From Candidatus Saccharimonadia bacterium (GTDB taxonomy: Bacteria; Patescibacteriota; Saccharimonadia; UBA4664), in the NCBI GenBank assembly GCA_041743505.1, contig JBGTMQ010000021.1, forward strand, positions 521 to 64,520: a stretch of DNA of 64,000 bases. The letters are read 5' to 3'. The notes below the pieces were generated by a model. The model was not told where the DNA came from. It saw nothing but the letters and a program-made list of their open reading frames with translations, and did not search any database. The position numbers and the translations under genes were made by a program. How positions within the stretch are numbered: the first letter of the stretch is position 1; the number at the start of each line of letters is the position of its first letter. Below, one piece after another: positions 1 to 9,614 of the stretch.

Positions 1-821
1 TCAATTCTTTTGCCTGGCTGAGGGCCTTTGAGGTCATCCACGGGCAAGCCCTGGTCCCATAACAGCTCGAAGAATTTGCGCTGGGAGCCGGCAATTTGCT
101 GGTTATAGATTTCAATTCCGAAGACTTCACCGTCTTTCCAGTTTTGATAGGCTACGACATCGTCATAGACCAACACACCGTGCGTAATCGGAAAAACTTC
201 CTTGGACAAGTGACGAGCTTGCCAGAACTGTAGGCGTTCATTTTGGTGCTTAGAATACCAGGCTCGTTGGCTGGTTACGAATTCATCGCCAATGATACCG
301 CGAAAGTGCAGCTGACGCTCATTGCAGCGGCGGACCCAGCGCTCAAAGAAGGCGCCCAGTGTTCGTATCTGCATATTCTCGTAAAGAATGCTTACCACCT
401 CAGTAGTGGCCTTGGTCTCATTCCAATACATCTGCTTGACGCCCTCCGGGCCCTGGTAAAACTGGACCCGCGTGGCCGGTGAGCTAAGGCTGTTGCGGGC
501 TAGTGCCTCCTCAACTACTGCCAGCTCGACTTGGAGGCCCCTGACTTCTTGCTCTTTTTGACTCACTAGAACGCGCAGGTTGGCGATGGGTGCGGCCTTA
601 AAGATGCTGCGCTTGTAATGAATTTCTACTTCTACCAGGCTGGAGGCTTTTAGGTCGTCGACGAGGCGGTAGAGGCGCGTACGCTCAACGCCGGCATTGC
701 GGGATAGTTCCGAGATTGTCTGGGGCCCGTGGATGTAGAGAGCGAAGTAAAGATCGGCAATTTCGGCTTCAAGGCCGAGTTTGGCAAAGTAGGACCGGAT
801 GATTGGTTCGTCGTTTATCAT
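1..821 (-). CDS. TrmB-family transcriptional regulator (3' end runs off the window)
   Basis: Manual translation from ATG at 821 gives MINDEPIIRSYFAKLGLEAEIADLYFALYIHGPQTISELSRNAGVERTRLYRLV... (TrmB-type wHTH), then VQFYQGPEGVKQ and VYDDVVAY..W. It is missing from the ORF track because no stop falls inside the window. Confidence 0.8.
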   Translation of the reverse strand, partial: MINDEPIIRSYFAKLGLEAEIADLYFALYIHGPQTISELSRNAGVERTRLYRLVDDLKASSLVEVEIHYKRSIFKAAPIANLRVLVSQKEQEVRGLQVELAVVEEALARNSLSSPATRVQFYQGPEGVKQMYWNETKATTEVVSILYENMQIRTLGAFFERWVRRCNERQLHFRGIIGDEFVTSQRAWYSKHQNERLQFWQARHLSKEVFPITHGVLVYDDVVAYQNWKDGEVFGIEIYNQQIAGSQRKFFELLWDQGLPVDDLKGPQPGKRI

Positions 822-945
822 GGTTTTATTGTACTATCCGTGCACTATTTGCACAACAGTTATTAAAAGTACTATCTTAAGCATTACTATTCTGTGCAGA
901 AGTTCGAACACCTCGGATTTCTAGCACCTGACACTTAGGAGAGCA

Positions 946-1875
946 GTGATGACTGATCTTGGGTTGTGGACGCCGTACTTGAACGAGCCGGCAATGCCCA
1001 CCTGGTATCGCCTGCCCGAAGCGGTGCAGGCGGAGTGCGCCCAGTATACGCCGAGCGGGACGGAGCTGGACGCGATGTCGGCGGCGAGGTTTGACGCCGT
1101 GCGACAGGTGGTTATTGCCTATGCGGACGCGTCGGTGACTGACCTGCCCTACCATGGCCCCAAGCATTTTCGGGAGGTGGAGGCGTATGGCTTGGCAGCA
1201 GCCGGGGAGATTGATCGGTTGACTGGTAAAGCCTGGCCGACAGCCGTGAAGCAAGCTTTGGCCGTTGCCCTGAGAATGCACGACTGCCACCACAGCGGCA
1301 GCACCTTCCGGGCTGATGCACCGGGGGCGGAGCTAGTTTACCGGCCGGAGCTGGGCCCGGATGTGGCGACGGAGTGGGTCAGCTCACTAGCAGTCAATGA
1401 GCTGGGCCGGCAGCACGGCTTTTCGCTACCGTCGCGGCTGTTCCAGATGATGGTGGTTTGGTCGTCGACCTATGGCGGTCAAACTCCGCGCGGGCGGGAG
1501 CTCGGCATACCTGATGTGCACCCCGACGGAGTGTGGGGACGGCTGATGCGGGCGGCTGACGTTTGCCCGCCGGCTGATTTTCTGGAGTGGATTCGTGGCA
1601 GCATCGCCGTAAACTATGGCGAGATTCCGGCCACGACGCCCCCGGCGACCTGGGACGGGTTTCTCCAGGCCCAGATTGGCTTCACGGGCTACATCGGGCA
1701 CTGCTTCGATCAGTTGGATGAAGCGGCCGGCGTGCCGGTCACGCGGGAGCTGGGTTGGCGTGACAACCTGGCCCGGCTCCAGGTTCACCTGCGCGGCATG
1801 GCTGATGGCGGTGAGGCGGGGCTCACGCGGGCCGTCAAGGCTATGCTGATCGCTCGACACGTGGCATTGACCTGA
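946..1875 (+). CDS. HD-domain phosphohydrolase-like protein
   Basis: LPYHGPKH...MHDCHH...RAADV pattern (H..HD..D); SD AGGAG upstream; terminator downstream. Confidence 0.6.
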   Translation: MMTDLGLWTPYLNEPAMPTWYRLPEAVQAECAQYTPSGTELDAMSAARFDAVRQVVIAYADASVTDLPYHGPKHFREVEAYGLAAAGEIDRLTGKAWPTAVKQALAVALRMHDCHHSGSTFRADAPGAELVYRPELGPDVATEWVSSLAVNELGRQHGFSLPSRLFQMMVVWSSTYGGQTPRGRELGIPDVHPDGVWGRLMRAADVCPPADFLEWIRGSIAVNYGEIPATTPPATWDGFLQAQIGFTGYIGHCFDQLDEAAGVPVTRELGWRDNLARLQVHLRGMADGGEAGLTRAVKAMLIARHVALT

Positions 1876-1897
1876 TTCTCGAGACTTTGAGATAAGG

Positions 1898-1934
1898 TTA
1901 AAGGCCGTCCGGAGAAACTCCGGACGGCCTTTAA
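1898..1934. terminator. Bidirectional intrinsic terminator
   Basis: Perfect inverted repeat ttaaaggccgtccggag-aaa-ctccggacggcctttaa between convergent genes. Confidence 0.8.
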
Positions 1935-1955
1935 ATTTGGAGGCGGGCATCAATT

Positions 1956-2990
1956 CTAGCTGAGCTGCTCCATCAGTTTCGCAGCCCGTTTCCTAGAGTG
2001 CTCGATCAGCTTGCCGGCCATGGGGTGGTCTGGGTCTATCATGAGATCACTAATGGTCAGGGCTCCGATGGTGAAACCAAGCATCATGTGTCTTAGCTGA
2101 GTCTCCTCTTCGCCGGACTTGGGCAAGGCATAGATCTCATGTTCCCAGAGCGCGAACTGCTGCGCTAATACATCTACATCGACTTCGGAGGCACGCTCGC
2201 ATAGCAGCCGTCCATAGTGATGCCAGGCAGCGGTGGCGTCGAAGAACGGCGCCTTCCAACCCCAAACAAAATTTGAGGTGTAGACATGGCGAGGGTCGTT
2301 GCCGGAGGGTTTAAACACATCATCGGAAGTTATGTGCAGATGCTGGAACTCACACGACACATCCCGGTAAAATTTCTCCAGTAGCTGGACGGCCCGCTCG
2401 ATGAGCTCGAAGTCTGCCTCTTGCCGATGAGGGTGGTTTGGGTAGATCTCCCTGGCTGACTCGAGGTTGCTGGCGACTGTCCTGCGGACGTCCTCTGCCA
2501 GAGAGCTGTCCGGCTGGGCGACCCATGGCCGGCTCCGGCAATTGGCCCGGTAATCCCGGAACAATTCGAAGAATTTACCAACTTCTGCGGCCGATGTCGG
2601 GTAGGAGATGAGCTTGCCAGTGTCAATGCTCTCTACCACCAGGGCCTCGAACTGGCGGGTATCGTCCCAAGGTAGGCGGGCAAAAAGCTCCGGCGGCCGG
2701 ACGAGCTGGCTGTGGTTGGAGTTCTTAAACCCCTCCAGAGCAGTTATTTCTGACACGTCGGGTTTGACGCCTTGGACTTTGAGAATGGCAGCCCGGCCTT
2801 CATAATGTCCGGCATACCTGAAAGCGCCGGCGCGCTGAGAGTTCCACCAGGTGCTATAACCTAGTAGCCCGTTACTTTTAGGCGTAAAACCGAGTTCGTC
2901 ACGGGCGACGCCAACGAGCTCGGTCTCCCGCTCCCTGATGTCAACACCTAACTTGTAAGTCTCGCTTAGCTCGTTCTGCCGATTAGACAT
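1956..2990 (-). CDS. APH/protein-kinase-like fold protein with non-canonical catalytic motifs
   Basis: AILKVQ, RPPELF, ALVVESI, FQHLHITSDDV and SNFVWGW..PFFD follow the APH motif layout. Confidence 0.5.
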   Translation of the reverse strand: MSNRQNELSETYKLGVDIRERETELVGVARDELGFTPKSNGLLGYSTWWNSQRAGAFRYAGHYEGRAAILKVQGVKPDVSEITALEGFKNSNHSQLVRPPELFARLPWDDTRQFEALVVESIDTGKLISYPTSAAEVGKFFELFRDYRANCRSRPWVAQPDSSLAEDVRRTVASNLESAREIYPNHPHRQEADFELIERAVQLLEKFYRDVSCEFQHLHITSDDVFKPSGNDPRHVYTSNFVWGWKAPFFDATAAWHHYGRLLCERASEVDVDVLAQQFALWEHEIYALPKSGEEETQLRHMMLGFTIGALTISDLMIDPDHPMAGKLIEHSRKRAAKLMEQLS

Positions 2991-3094
2991 GTTCCTAGTC
3001 CTTTCCTGGCGGGTGCTAGCTTAGCAGTTATCTAGATATAGTACACCTGATTACTCTAGAGTCAAATAAAAAATCATTAAGATATACTTGAACC

Positions 3095-3799
3095 ATGATA
3101 GATATGAATGCTGAAGATCAAGCCGTCGAGCGCGTATATTATGAGTCGAGGGATGGGCTTCTGATTACCGGAGACCTGTATTCTGCCGACAAGCCCAAAG
3201 GCTACTTGTTACTCTGCCACCGGTCGCACTATAACAGGGGCGAATACTGCGAAATTGCCCCTAAACTGGCTGCTTTGGGTTTCTTGTGCCTGGCCGTTGA
3301 CCAGCGTTCCGGCATGAACGTGCTTGGCTTTACGAACGAAACGTCGACATTGGCGAAGCAAAAGGGCTTGCCCACGGGCTATCTGGACGCCAAGCAAGAT
3401 ATAGAAGCGTCCATAGATTATCTTTATGAAAGAAATGGGCATAAGCCCATCATTCTGGTAGGGAGTTCTTATTCCGCGTCCCTGGCGCTACTCATCGCCA
3501 AGGATAACGCTAAGGTTAAGGCGGTAGCTGCGTTTAGCCCCGGAGAGTACCTGAAAAAGACAAAGGTCGCTGAATCCATTAAAGGTCTGGCAAAGCCAAC
3601 ATACGTGACATCGGCCAGAAAAGAGACTGCTGACGTTGGGCAAATAATAAGATATATGGACATGAAGTATGCGACATACTTTCGATCCCAAGACGCTGGC
3701 TTCCATGGAGCCCGGACGCTTTGGGATACGGTTGATGGGCATGAAAAGTACTGGGAATCGTTTAGTCAGTTTTTGCTCATAAACTCGGATACACAATAA
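3095..3799 (+). CDS. Alpha/beta hydrolase
   Basis: AVDQRSG, GSSYSAS nucleophile elbow, AFSPG, C-terminal HGA. Confidence 0.85.
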   Translation: MIDMNAEDQAVERVYYESRDGLLITGDLYSADKPKGYLLLCHRSHYNRGEYCEIAPKLAALGFLCLAVDQRSGMNVLGFTNETSTLAKQKGLPTGYLDAKQDIEASIDYLYERNGHKPIILVGSSYSASLALLIAKDNAKVKAVAAFSPGEYLKKTKVAESIKGLAKPTYVTSARKETADVGQIIRYMDMKYATYFRSQDAGFHGARTLWDTVDGHEKYWESFSQFLLINSDTQ

Positions 3800-3800
3800 A

Positions 3801-3823
3801 GGGCGCCGGAAAATCCGGCGCCC
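3801..3823. terminator. Hairpin terminator between convergent genes
   Basis: gggcgccgga-aaa-tccggcgccc. Confidence 0.7.
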
Positions 3824-3832
3824 CAAATGGGA

Positions 3833-4921
3833 CTAGGCGGGAATACGTGCCGCCATGAGCGGTGCTGGGATCTCCGGGTCGTCTGCGTCTGAGACAAGCA
3901 AGAGATCGATGGAGCCAATGGCCGGATTGTACCGCGCATCAACTCCTTCTACCTTGATGGCGGAATTCTCCAGCGGGATGACCTGCTGAAGATTGCCGCC
4001 AGAACCAATGACGCCCACGACACTGCCGGCGATCTGACCATCGATAATGGGATCGCCGGTGGCCTCGGCGGCGGCGGTGAAGACGAGGCGATCATGTGGA
4101 TCGCCGGTAACCGAGTCTATATCGGTGAAATCCAGTTTTACATCGAAGCTCTGGCCATTTTTTTTGAGCTTGGCGTAGCCAATGTCATAGGAACGGACCT
4201 CTTCCAGTTCGCACTGGTTGATCTGAAGATCCGAGTAGAGACTGCCAAGGACCTCGGCGAGCGTCAGGCGAATGAGCATGTTTGGAGCGGGCTGCCCCTG
4301 GTCGTCCAGGCTATTACCGCGCTGCGCCAGGATGAGCTGATGACCATGAACGCAGACACCTTCGATGTTCAGCTTGCCGGCGATGACACGCTTTTCCAGG
4401 AATTCGTGTAGCCCCTCCAGTGAGATTTTGGAAGGCAGGCCGACAATATGGCCCTTCTCGTCAAGCAAGTAAGTCACGCCGATGGAGCGGCGGACGCCAC
4501 GACGGCTCACACCTCCAGAGCCAGCAATCAGGAGCAAGCCGTTTGGAAAGCGGCGGAAGGCTTCGGTGCGGGTCTTGCTCGCCGGCAAGGCTTCGATGTG
4601 CTCGCGCTTGATGATGGTGAGAGCTTCGAAATCGGCCTTGACCTCACTGCGCTTATGGGGGTCGAGCGGCAGAACCTCGGGGATGATGCGCACAGCCACA
4701 CCGGGCTTGAGCAGATCACAGTCTACTCTGGACCGAAGCGCCTCTAGAACCGCTGTGGGGTCTAGATCGTACTCGGCGACTGCTGCCTGATCATCGCCCA
4801 CCGAGTAGAGACGAGGGCCCGACCAGGCGGTGCCAGAGGCGGCCGACAGAAAGGCGGCCTCACCTTCATCGGGATTGACAATACGATGCGTTCCAATGGT
4901 AGTCACTTGCAGTGATTGCAT
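3833..4921 (-). CDS. DUF6929-like probable beta-propeller protein
   Basis: SAASG..LYSVGDD, KADFEA, GSG, LNIEG, QRGN, KVEG, VSDADDP; start moved to ATG 4921 after an AAGGAG SD. Confidence 0.6.
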   Translation of the reverse strand: MQSLQVTTIGTHRIVNPDEGEAAFLSAASGTAWSGPRLYSVGDDQAAVAEYDLDPTAVLEALRSRVDCDLLKPGVAVRIIPEVLPLDPHKRSEVKADFEALTIIKREHIEALPASKTRTEAFRRFPNGLLLIAGSGGVSRRGVRRSIGVTYLLDEKGHIVGLPSKISLEGLHEFLEKRVIAGKLNIEGVCVHGHQLILAQRGNSLDDQGQPAPNMLIRLTLAEVLGSLYSDLQINQCELEEVRSYDIGYAKLKKNGQSFDVKLDFTDIDSVTGDPHDRLVFTAAAEATGDPIIDGQIAGSVVGVIGSGGNLQQVIPLENSAIKVEGVDARYNPAIGSIDLLLVSDADDPEIPAPLMAARIPA

Positions 4922-5033
4922 GGGATCTCCTTGTCTTGAGTGCACGGGCGGGATAATTATGATATGCGAGGGGCTTAAGTGCAAACATAAGCGTTATGAA
5001 GCTGGGGTATAGTTGTTTTATACAGCGCCGGGG

Positions 5034-6065
5034 TCAAGGGCCGATAGGCCGGGTGTGGATCTGCTGCTTGTAGACTTCACCAATTTTACCCGCATCCTTG
5101 AGGGGCGATACTAAGCTTCCGGCCGCCGTCTGGACGATTACTGAGTCGTAAGCCGACATGACCACCAGAGGAGCTGGGTGCTGGTTGATAACTAGGTTGC
5201 CATGGCAGTCGTTACCGAAAATGACGTCGCCAATAGTCACATTGCCATGGGAGTCCTTATCGTTAAGCTGGTAGATCTCTTCGAACCGGCCGACATCGAT
5301 AAACTGGTAGTCTATGACGCTCAGCCTGAGCTGGTTTGAATGTTGAAAAATGGTGCTGCTGATGTCTAAGAACGGCAGGTCGAGAAATAATTGTTGGCGT
5401 GAACTTGACGTGGATAGGAGTAGGCGCCGGCATTGATGCGCCCATGGCTCCTCAAGGCTACTTAGGACATCCAGGAAGGCTGTTGTGGAGGTGATATAAA
5501 TCATTGGCGAGCGATATATTTGATGGGCTTTGGCCGCTCCTTCAAGCGCTGCGCGGGCCGGCTTTTCGAGAAACTTTAGTACCCGGCCCGATGAATCGGC
5601 GATACAGTAGCCATCATTGCTGTTAAAGGCCGCGTAGTCCGGGCAGAGTAGCGTAAACAGGGCTTTTTTGGAGTCATACTGTTCAATGGTTTGCTTGAGC
5701 GAACGAGTAAAAGCGCTGTCGTTGAGGGTATACTGATCGACGGGCTTAAAAAGTACCGGCTCATTGGGGTCGTTGGTGATGGCTGTAAGCGCCCAAAGGG
5801 TGTGCGGTAGCGTATTACGGCGCTCAGGAACGCATATTATATGACTATCACTCAGGTTTGGCAGCTCGGCCCTAACCAACTCTTCCATGCCTGCGAGGAC
5901 TAGTACATACAGTTTCGATGAGGGGATAAACTTATTTAGCTGTTGGTAGGTATAAAGCAACAGCGACTGGCCGGCTATTAATGGCTGGAATTGCTTGGGT
6001 TTTTCGGAAGTGGAGAGCGGCCACAACCGGCTGCCAAAGCCGGCGGCAAGAATGACTGTTTTCAT
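5034..6065 (-). CDS. Mannose-1-phosphate guanylyltransferase-like sugar-phosphate nucleotidyltransferase
   Basis: ILAAGFGSRLWPLS..KPKQF, RNT, FLEKP, DVG. Confidence 0.8.
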   Translation of the reverse strand: MKTVILAAGFGSRLWPLSTSEKPKQFQPLIAGQSLLLYTYQQLNKFIPSSKLYVLVLAGMEELVRAELPNLSDSHIICVPERRNTLPHTLWALTAITNDPNEPVLFKPVDQYTLNDSAFTRSLKQTIEQYDSKKALFTLLCPDYAAFNSNDGYCIADSSGRVLKFLEKPARAALEGAAKAHQIYRSPMIYITSTTAFLDVLSSLEEPWAHQCRRLLLSTSSSRQQLFLDLPFLDISSTIFQHSNQLRLSVIDYQFIDVGRFEEIYQLNDKDSHGNVTIGDVIFGNDCHGNLVINQHPAPLVVMSAYDSVIVQTAAGSLVSPLKDAGKIGEVYKQQIHTRPIGP

Positions 6066-6105
6066 GAATGCATCATAGCAAACCAGACGTCTCAATATAA
6101 AAACA

Positions 6106-6133
6106 AGGCCGGAGGGAGGTTACCCTCCGGCCT
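6106..6133 (-). terminator. Intrinsic terminator
   Basis: aggccggaggg/ccctccggcct stem with a T-rich tail on the minus strand. Confidence 0.65.
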
Positions 6134-6145
6134 AGAGGGCCGGAA

Positions 6146-6421
6146 CTAACTGTCTTTGTTACGCTTGATAGAGACAAGCATGAAGAACGTCCCGTCGCCA
6201 ACGGTCAGATTGGCAATGCCACAGTTTCTTAGGCCTCGCACGACGCGGCCGATGCGGTCGGTTAGTCCGAATACTTCGCTTGGCCTGGTCTTCCAACCTG
6301 GCCTGGTTACGAGAACCAACCCATTGTCGCCCGCGAATTCCCGACCGGCGGTGTGATCGGCATCGTGGTGAGCGGCCATTCGGCCGACCAACTCAGGTGT
6401 GATGTCGGCGTATCTAGCCAT
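6146..6421 (-). CDS. Hypothetical protein (orphan)
   Basis: ORF with AGGAGG SD, TATAAT promoter and a downstream terminator. Confidence 0.6.
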   Translation of the reverse strand: MARYADITPELVGRMAAHHDADHTAGREFAGDNGLVLVTRPGWKTRPSEVFGLTDRIGRVVRGLRNCGIANLTVGDGTFFMLVSIKRNKDS

Positions 6422-6564
6422 TTGGGACCTCCTAGAGGGGGTGCGAGTGGATGGCTATTTGTTATTATATCATGTTTTTAGTATATTGCAATTGTTATTT
6501 GACAAATAGTGCGATTAGTGTTATTATGATGTAGTCCAATTCGTATTTGGTTTGGAGGCCAACT

Positions 6565-6783
6565 GTGCGTGCAATCTTGAATTGGCTTGAGGAGATCATC
6601 ATCGCTCGCATTCTGACTAAGCGCAACATTGCGCTGGTTGATCCGAAATGTGGTTGCCTGCGCAGCCCCGACGTCCGTCTCTCGGAGCCCTGTCCTGACC
6701 CCACGCACTCCCGTTCCACTGAGCGCGCTTTCGCCGCATTGGATGAGCTGGGGGCACATCGTGCAGCCGGTCGCCTGTGGTAA
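6565..6783 (+). CDS. Small hypothetical protein (Cys/His containing)
   Basis: GGAGG SD before GTG 6565; terminator at 6803-6834. Confidence 0.5.
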   Translation: MRAILNWLEEIIIARILTKRNIALVDPKCGCLRSPDVRLSEPCPDPTHSRSTERAFAALDELGAHRAAGRLW

Positions 6784-6802
6784 ATCCGCCTAACTGAACT
6801 AC

Positions 6803-6834
6803 CCGCCTAGCGCACCCCAGCGCTAGGCGGTTTC
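6803..6834 (+). terminator. Intrinsic terminator
   Basis: ccgcctagcgc/gcgctaggcgg followed by ttt. Confidence 0.7.
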
Positions 6835-6849
6835 ATATTTGCGATTGTG

Positions 6850-7258
6850 TTAGGCTCGCTTTGACCGCATAGCCTTGAGCTGACGCAGGTTTTTATCGGT
6901 TGTTAGTTTCGTGTAGGCTTTACCGCCAAGCGGGTAAATAGCTACTTTGCCTTCCCCATTGCTGTGCGCGCCCCAGCCGTAACGTTTTGTTAGTGGCGAG
7001 GAATGAAGACAGGGTTGCCCCTTGAAAAGAACTTTTCGCGCTCTGAGGGCAACTGACCTTCCTCTAGCTGACTGCGCTGGGCATAGACATTAAAAAGTAC
7101 ATCATCTGATGTGAGCTCATACGGATTGCCGATCAACATGTCGTACTCTAGGTTTGCAACTGTCTTCCTGCTGATCTTGACCGGAGGCACTTCAGTGGAC
7201 TGACGGGACAGTCCTCGGCGACGGAGATAAAGGTATCGTAGTAATTGGTTGTATGCAT
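6850..7258 (-). pseudogene. DUF6157-family gene with two frameshifts
   Basis: Three segments joined by two frameshifts read MHTTNYYDTFISVAEDCP / EVPPVKISRKTVANLEYDMLIGNPYELTSDDVLF...KFFS / GQPCLHSSPLTKRYGWGAHSNGEGKVAIY...KAMRSKRA*. Confidence 0.75.
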
Positions 7259-7262
7259 ACGG

Positions 7263-7403
7263 TTAAGCTACATCCCAGGTATTGGTAGCATCTCTCCATT
7301 CCAGCCATTCGTCCATGCTGGCTTTCATTCGTTCAGGACTGACATTAGCCATTTGCTGGCTGGCTAGTGTGGTTGAGTTATATAGGATCATAAATTTTGC
7401 CAT
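7263..7403 (-). pseudogene. Truncated YciI-like N-terminal fragment
   Basis: MAKFMILY...SPERMKASMDEWLEWRD with a GGAGG SD; ends after 46 aa. Confidence 0.5.
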
Positions 7404-7524
7404 GATACACCTCCATTGGGTTTGACTACTTCCATAGTAGTTTTGGCGATGAATTAAACCAAGCACGGACGTGGCGACTCACAATGACTGGACGAAGGTC
7501 GATGATAATGTTCGGAGAGCGAAA

Positions 7525-8028
7525 CTAAGTTAAACCATGCGACTTTAGTAGCTGATCTTGGCGGGAAAGCTGCAAGATTGCCACCACTAACCGGGGATCA
7601 TTAAACTCACAATTTAAGGCCATGTTATAAACCTTATCCCAGGTGTGTAATTGAATTTTGCCGATTTCTTCTTCGACCCAGTTGGTTTTCTGGCCGGAGC
7701 GCAAATCTGAACCTATATAAAAGTCTACATAGGTATCTGGAAAATCGGTCTGAACTGTGGCGAATTTTTCTAGCTTTCGGGGCGTGAGACCAACTTCTTC
7801 CTCGCACTCTCGCGCGGCTGCCTGCTCGGAACTTTCCGCTTCTTCTATCTTGCCGCCCGGGCAGTTCCAGACCCATCGTCCGGTGGAGTTTTTCTTTTCG
7901 TATATGACGATAATTTTATTGTCTTTGACTAACAGTGTAGTTACTGCGGGACGCGCCCAGAGATGCCAGCCATGTTCAGACCGGCTGATTTTGATAGTCC
8001 CATCATCATAAACCTGTTTGTAATCCAT
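7525..8028 (-). CDS. NUDIX hydrolase
   Basis: Nudix box PGGKIEEAESSEQAAARECEEEVG. Confidence 0.9.
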   Translation of the reverse strand: MDYKQVYDDGTIKISRSEHGWHLWARPAVTTLLVKDNKIIVIYEKKNSTGRWVWNCPGGKIEEAESSEQAAARECEEEVGLTPRKLEKFATVQTDFPDTYVDFYIGSDLRSGQKTNWVEEEIGKIQLHTWDKVYNMALNCEFNDPRLVVAILQLSRQDQLLKSHGLT

Positions 8029-8054
8029 CTGACTAAAGTATACCAAAACAAAAA

Positions 8055-8540
8055 CTAGCGGGGAGTTACGGGTAAATGCAAATAGCGACGCTTGGTTTGG
8101 GCTATTAATTTAGTCCCGACGATGGTAGCCAAAATGGCGCCTGCCGCGACAGACCAGGCAGGAGCACTCAAGTCAATTAAAGCGACGATAATAAAACCGT
8201 TAAAAAGTGATATCAACGTAAAGCCAACGTCATCGATGTACTTTTCTGATACACCGCTGGCCTGGAATAACTTCCTGGCGTGAATAGCCCGATAGAGCAT
8301 ATAGCAGGCCAGAACGACTAGGCCGGTGAAAATACCTTTTTCGAGGCCGGTTAGTTCATACCAGTGCGCTATCATTGCGCCCACCATAAATATGATGAGG
8401 CCCGATAATGAAACCAGAAACGTTGGCATTAACCATTTGTACTTCTGCACCATAACGGGCGAAATGATGAGCACGCCGGTAATAAAGCAGGCGACTGCCG
8501 ACGCTGCGTGAAGAATTATCATGAATAACCAAAGGCTCAT
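8055..8540 (-). CDS. Integral membrane protein
   Basis: About five hydrophobic segments; leaderless start after TATAAT. Confidence 0.75.
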   Translation of the reverse strand: MSLWLFMIILHAASAVACFITGVLIISPVMVQKYKWLMPTFLVSLSGLIIFMVGAMIAHWYELTGLEKGIFTGLVVLACYMLYRAIHARKLFQASGVSEKYIDDVGFTLISLFNGFIIVALIDLSAPAWSVAAGAILATIVGTKLIAQTKRRYLHLPVTPR

Positions 8541-8592
8541 ACTGTAATTATAACTCAAACGACACTAGAGGCGATTGGGTTATAGAGTATGC

Positions 8593-9513
8593 CTAACGGT
8601 TGACGACGTACTGATCTGTGCGGCCACCCAGTATGTTGATGACGGATTCTGTGACCATGTCACTCGCTAGCTTGTTGGCGCTCCGAGTGTTGAAAGCAGT
8701 GTTTTCATTAGAGCAGTAGAAAACTTCTAGCGATAGTTTGGCAAAAGCTTTACCGACAGGTGAGCGATCAAGGTAGGCGCGGATACGCCCTGATTCAAGT
8801 TCTGCAAGCAACGCAGAATCGTCGAGAACATTCTCATCAAGACAGGTAACTAAGGCGCCATCCTTGAGCAGACTTAGCTTGCTGGCATTCAAGAACCGAT
8901 CACCTGCTGCTTCCGAAACACAAACGCAGACAATATCTGCCGTCTGCATGAGGTCTTCAAGCTGCTGTTGTTCAAATGGCACATCTTTCTGAGTCCGGTT
9001 CCAGTATGTTACGCGTTTAGTCCCAACGGCGCTAAAAAGTTCAGCAACACGGCGGCCGATATGTCCAAGCCCGACTACACCTACGTGGAGCTCATCAAAG
9101 CCGTTCGTGGTTGCAAAAGTTGCTTTCCCGGTACGCCCTAGCGCAAAAAGGTTTCGCGTCATTGATAGACCCGTAACAAGCACCCATTCAGCAACTGCCC
9201 CCGCATTTGCGTTAGGAGCATTAGTAATGAAGATACCCTTGTCCGTTGCATCTTGCCAGCCTGGGATAAAATACTTCCATGCGGTACCGGTCAATGAAAT
9301 AACTTTTAGGTTATCGGCTGATTCGATAATTTGGGTGCTAACTTTTTCGGTCCCACCTAATATATAGCCATCTTTGCCTTTAAGCGTCCTGATAAGCTCA
9401 GCATCGCTAGCCTCTTGCTTTTTCAGTCGTTCGACTTCTATTCCAGCCTCATGCAGGCGTTTTTCGTGCTCAGGGAAGATGAACAATGTATCGGTTACCA
9501 AGAGTTTAAACAT
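8593..9513 (-). CDS. D-isomer-specific 2-hydroxyacid dehydrogenase family
   Basis: ITNAPNANAGAVAE, GVVGLGHIG Rossmann motif, AYLD. Confidence 0.85.
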   Translation of the reverse strand: MFKLLVTDTLFIFPEHEKRLHEAGIEVERLKKQEASDAELIRTLKGKDGYILGGTEKVSTQIIESADNLKVISLTGTAWKYFIPGWQDATDKGIFITNAPNANAGAVAEWVLVTGLSMTRNLFALGRTGKATFATTNGFDELHVGVVGLGHIGRRVAELFSAVGTKRVTYWNRTQKDVPFEQQQLEDLMQTADIVCVCVSEAAGDRFLNASKLSLLKDGALVTCLDENVLDDSALLAELESGRIRAYLDRSPVGKAFAKLSLEVFYCSNENTAFNTRSANKLASDMVTESVINILGGRTDQYVVNR

Positions 9514-9614
9514 GGCGCAAGTATAACAAAAAGAGAAACGCCCCGCCGGCCACAGAGGCCGACAGGACGTCCGCTCCCCGCGGTCAGCGAGGCTGTTGTT
9601 TGTTGGTGCGTCTC

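Noticed and set aside
243-482. 79-aa plus-strand ORF
   Set aside because: Antisense to the TrmB-like gene at 1-821.
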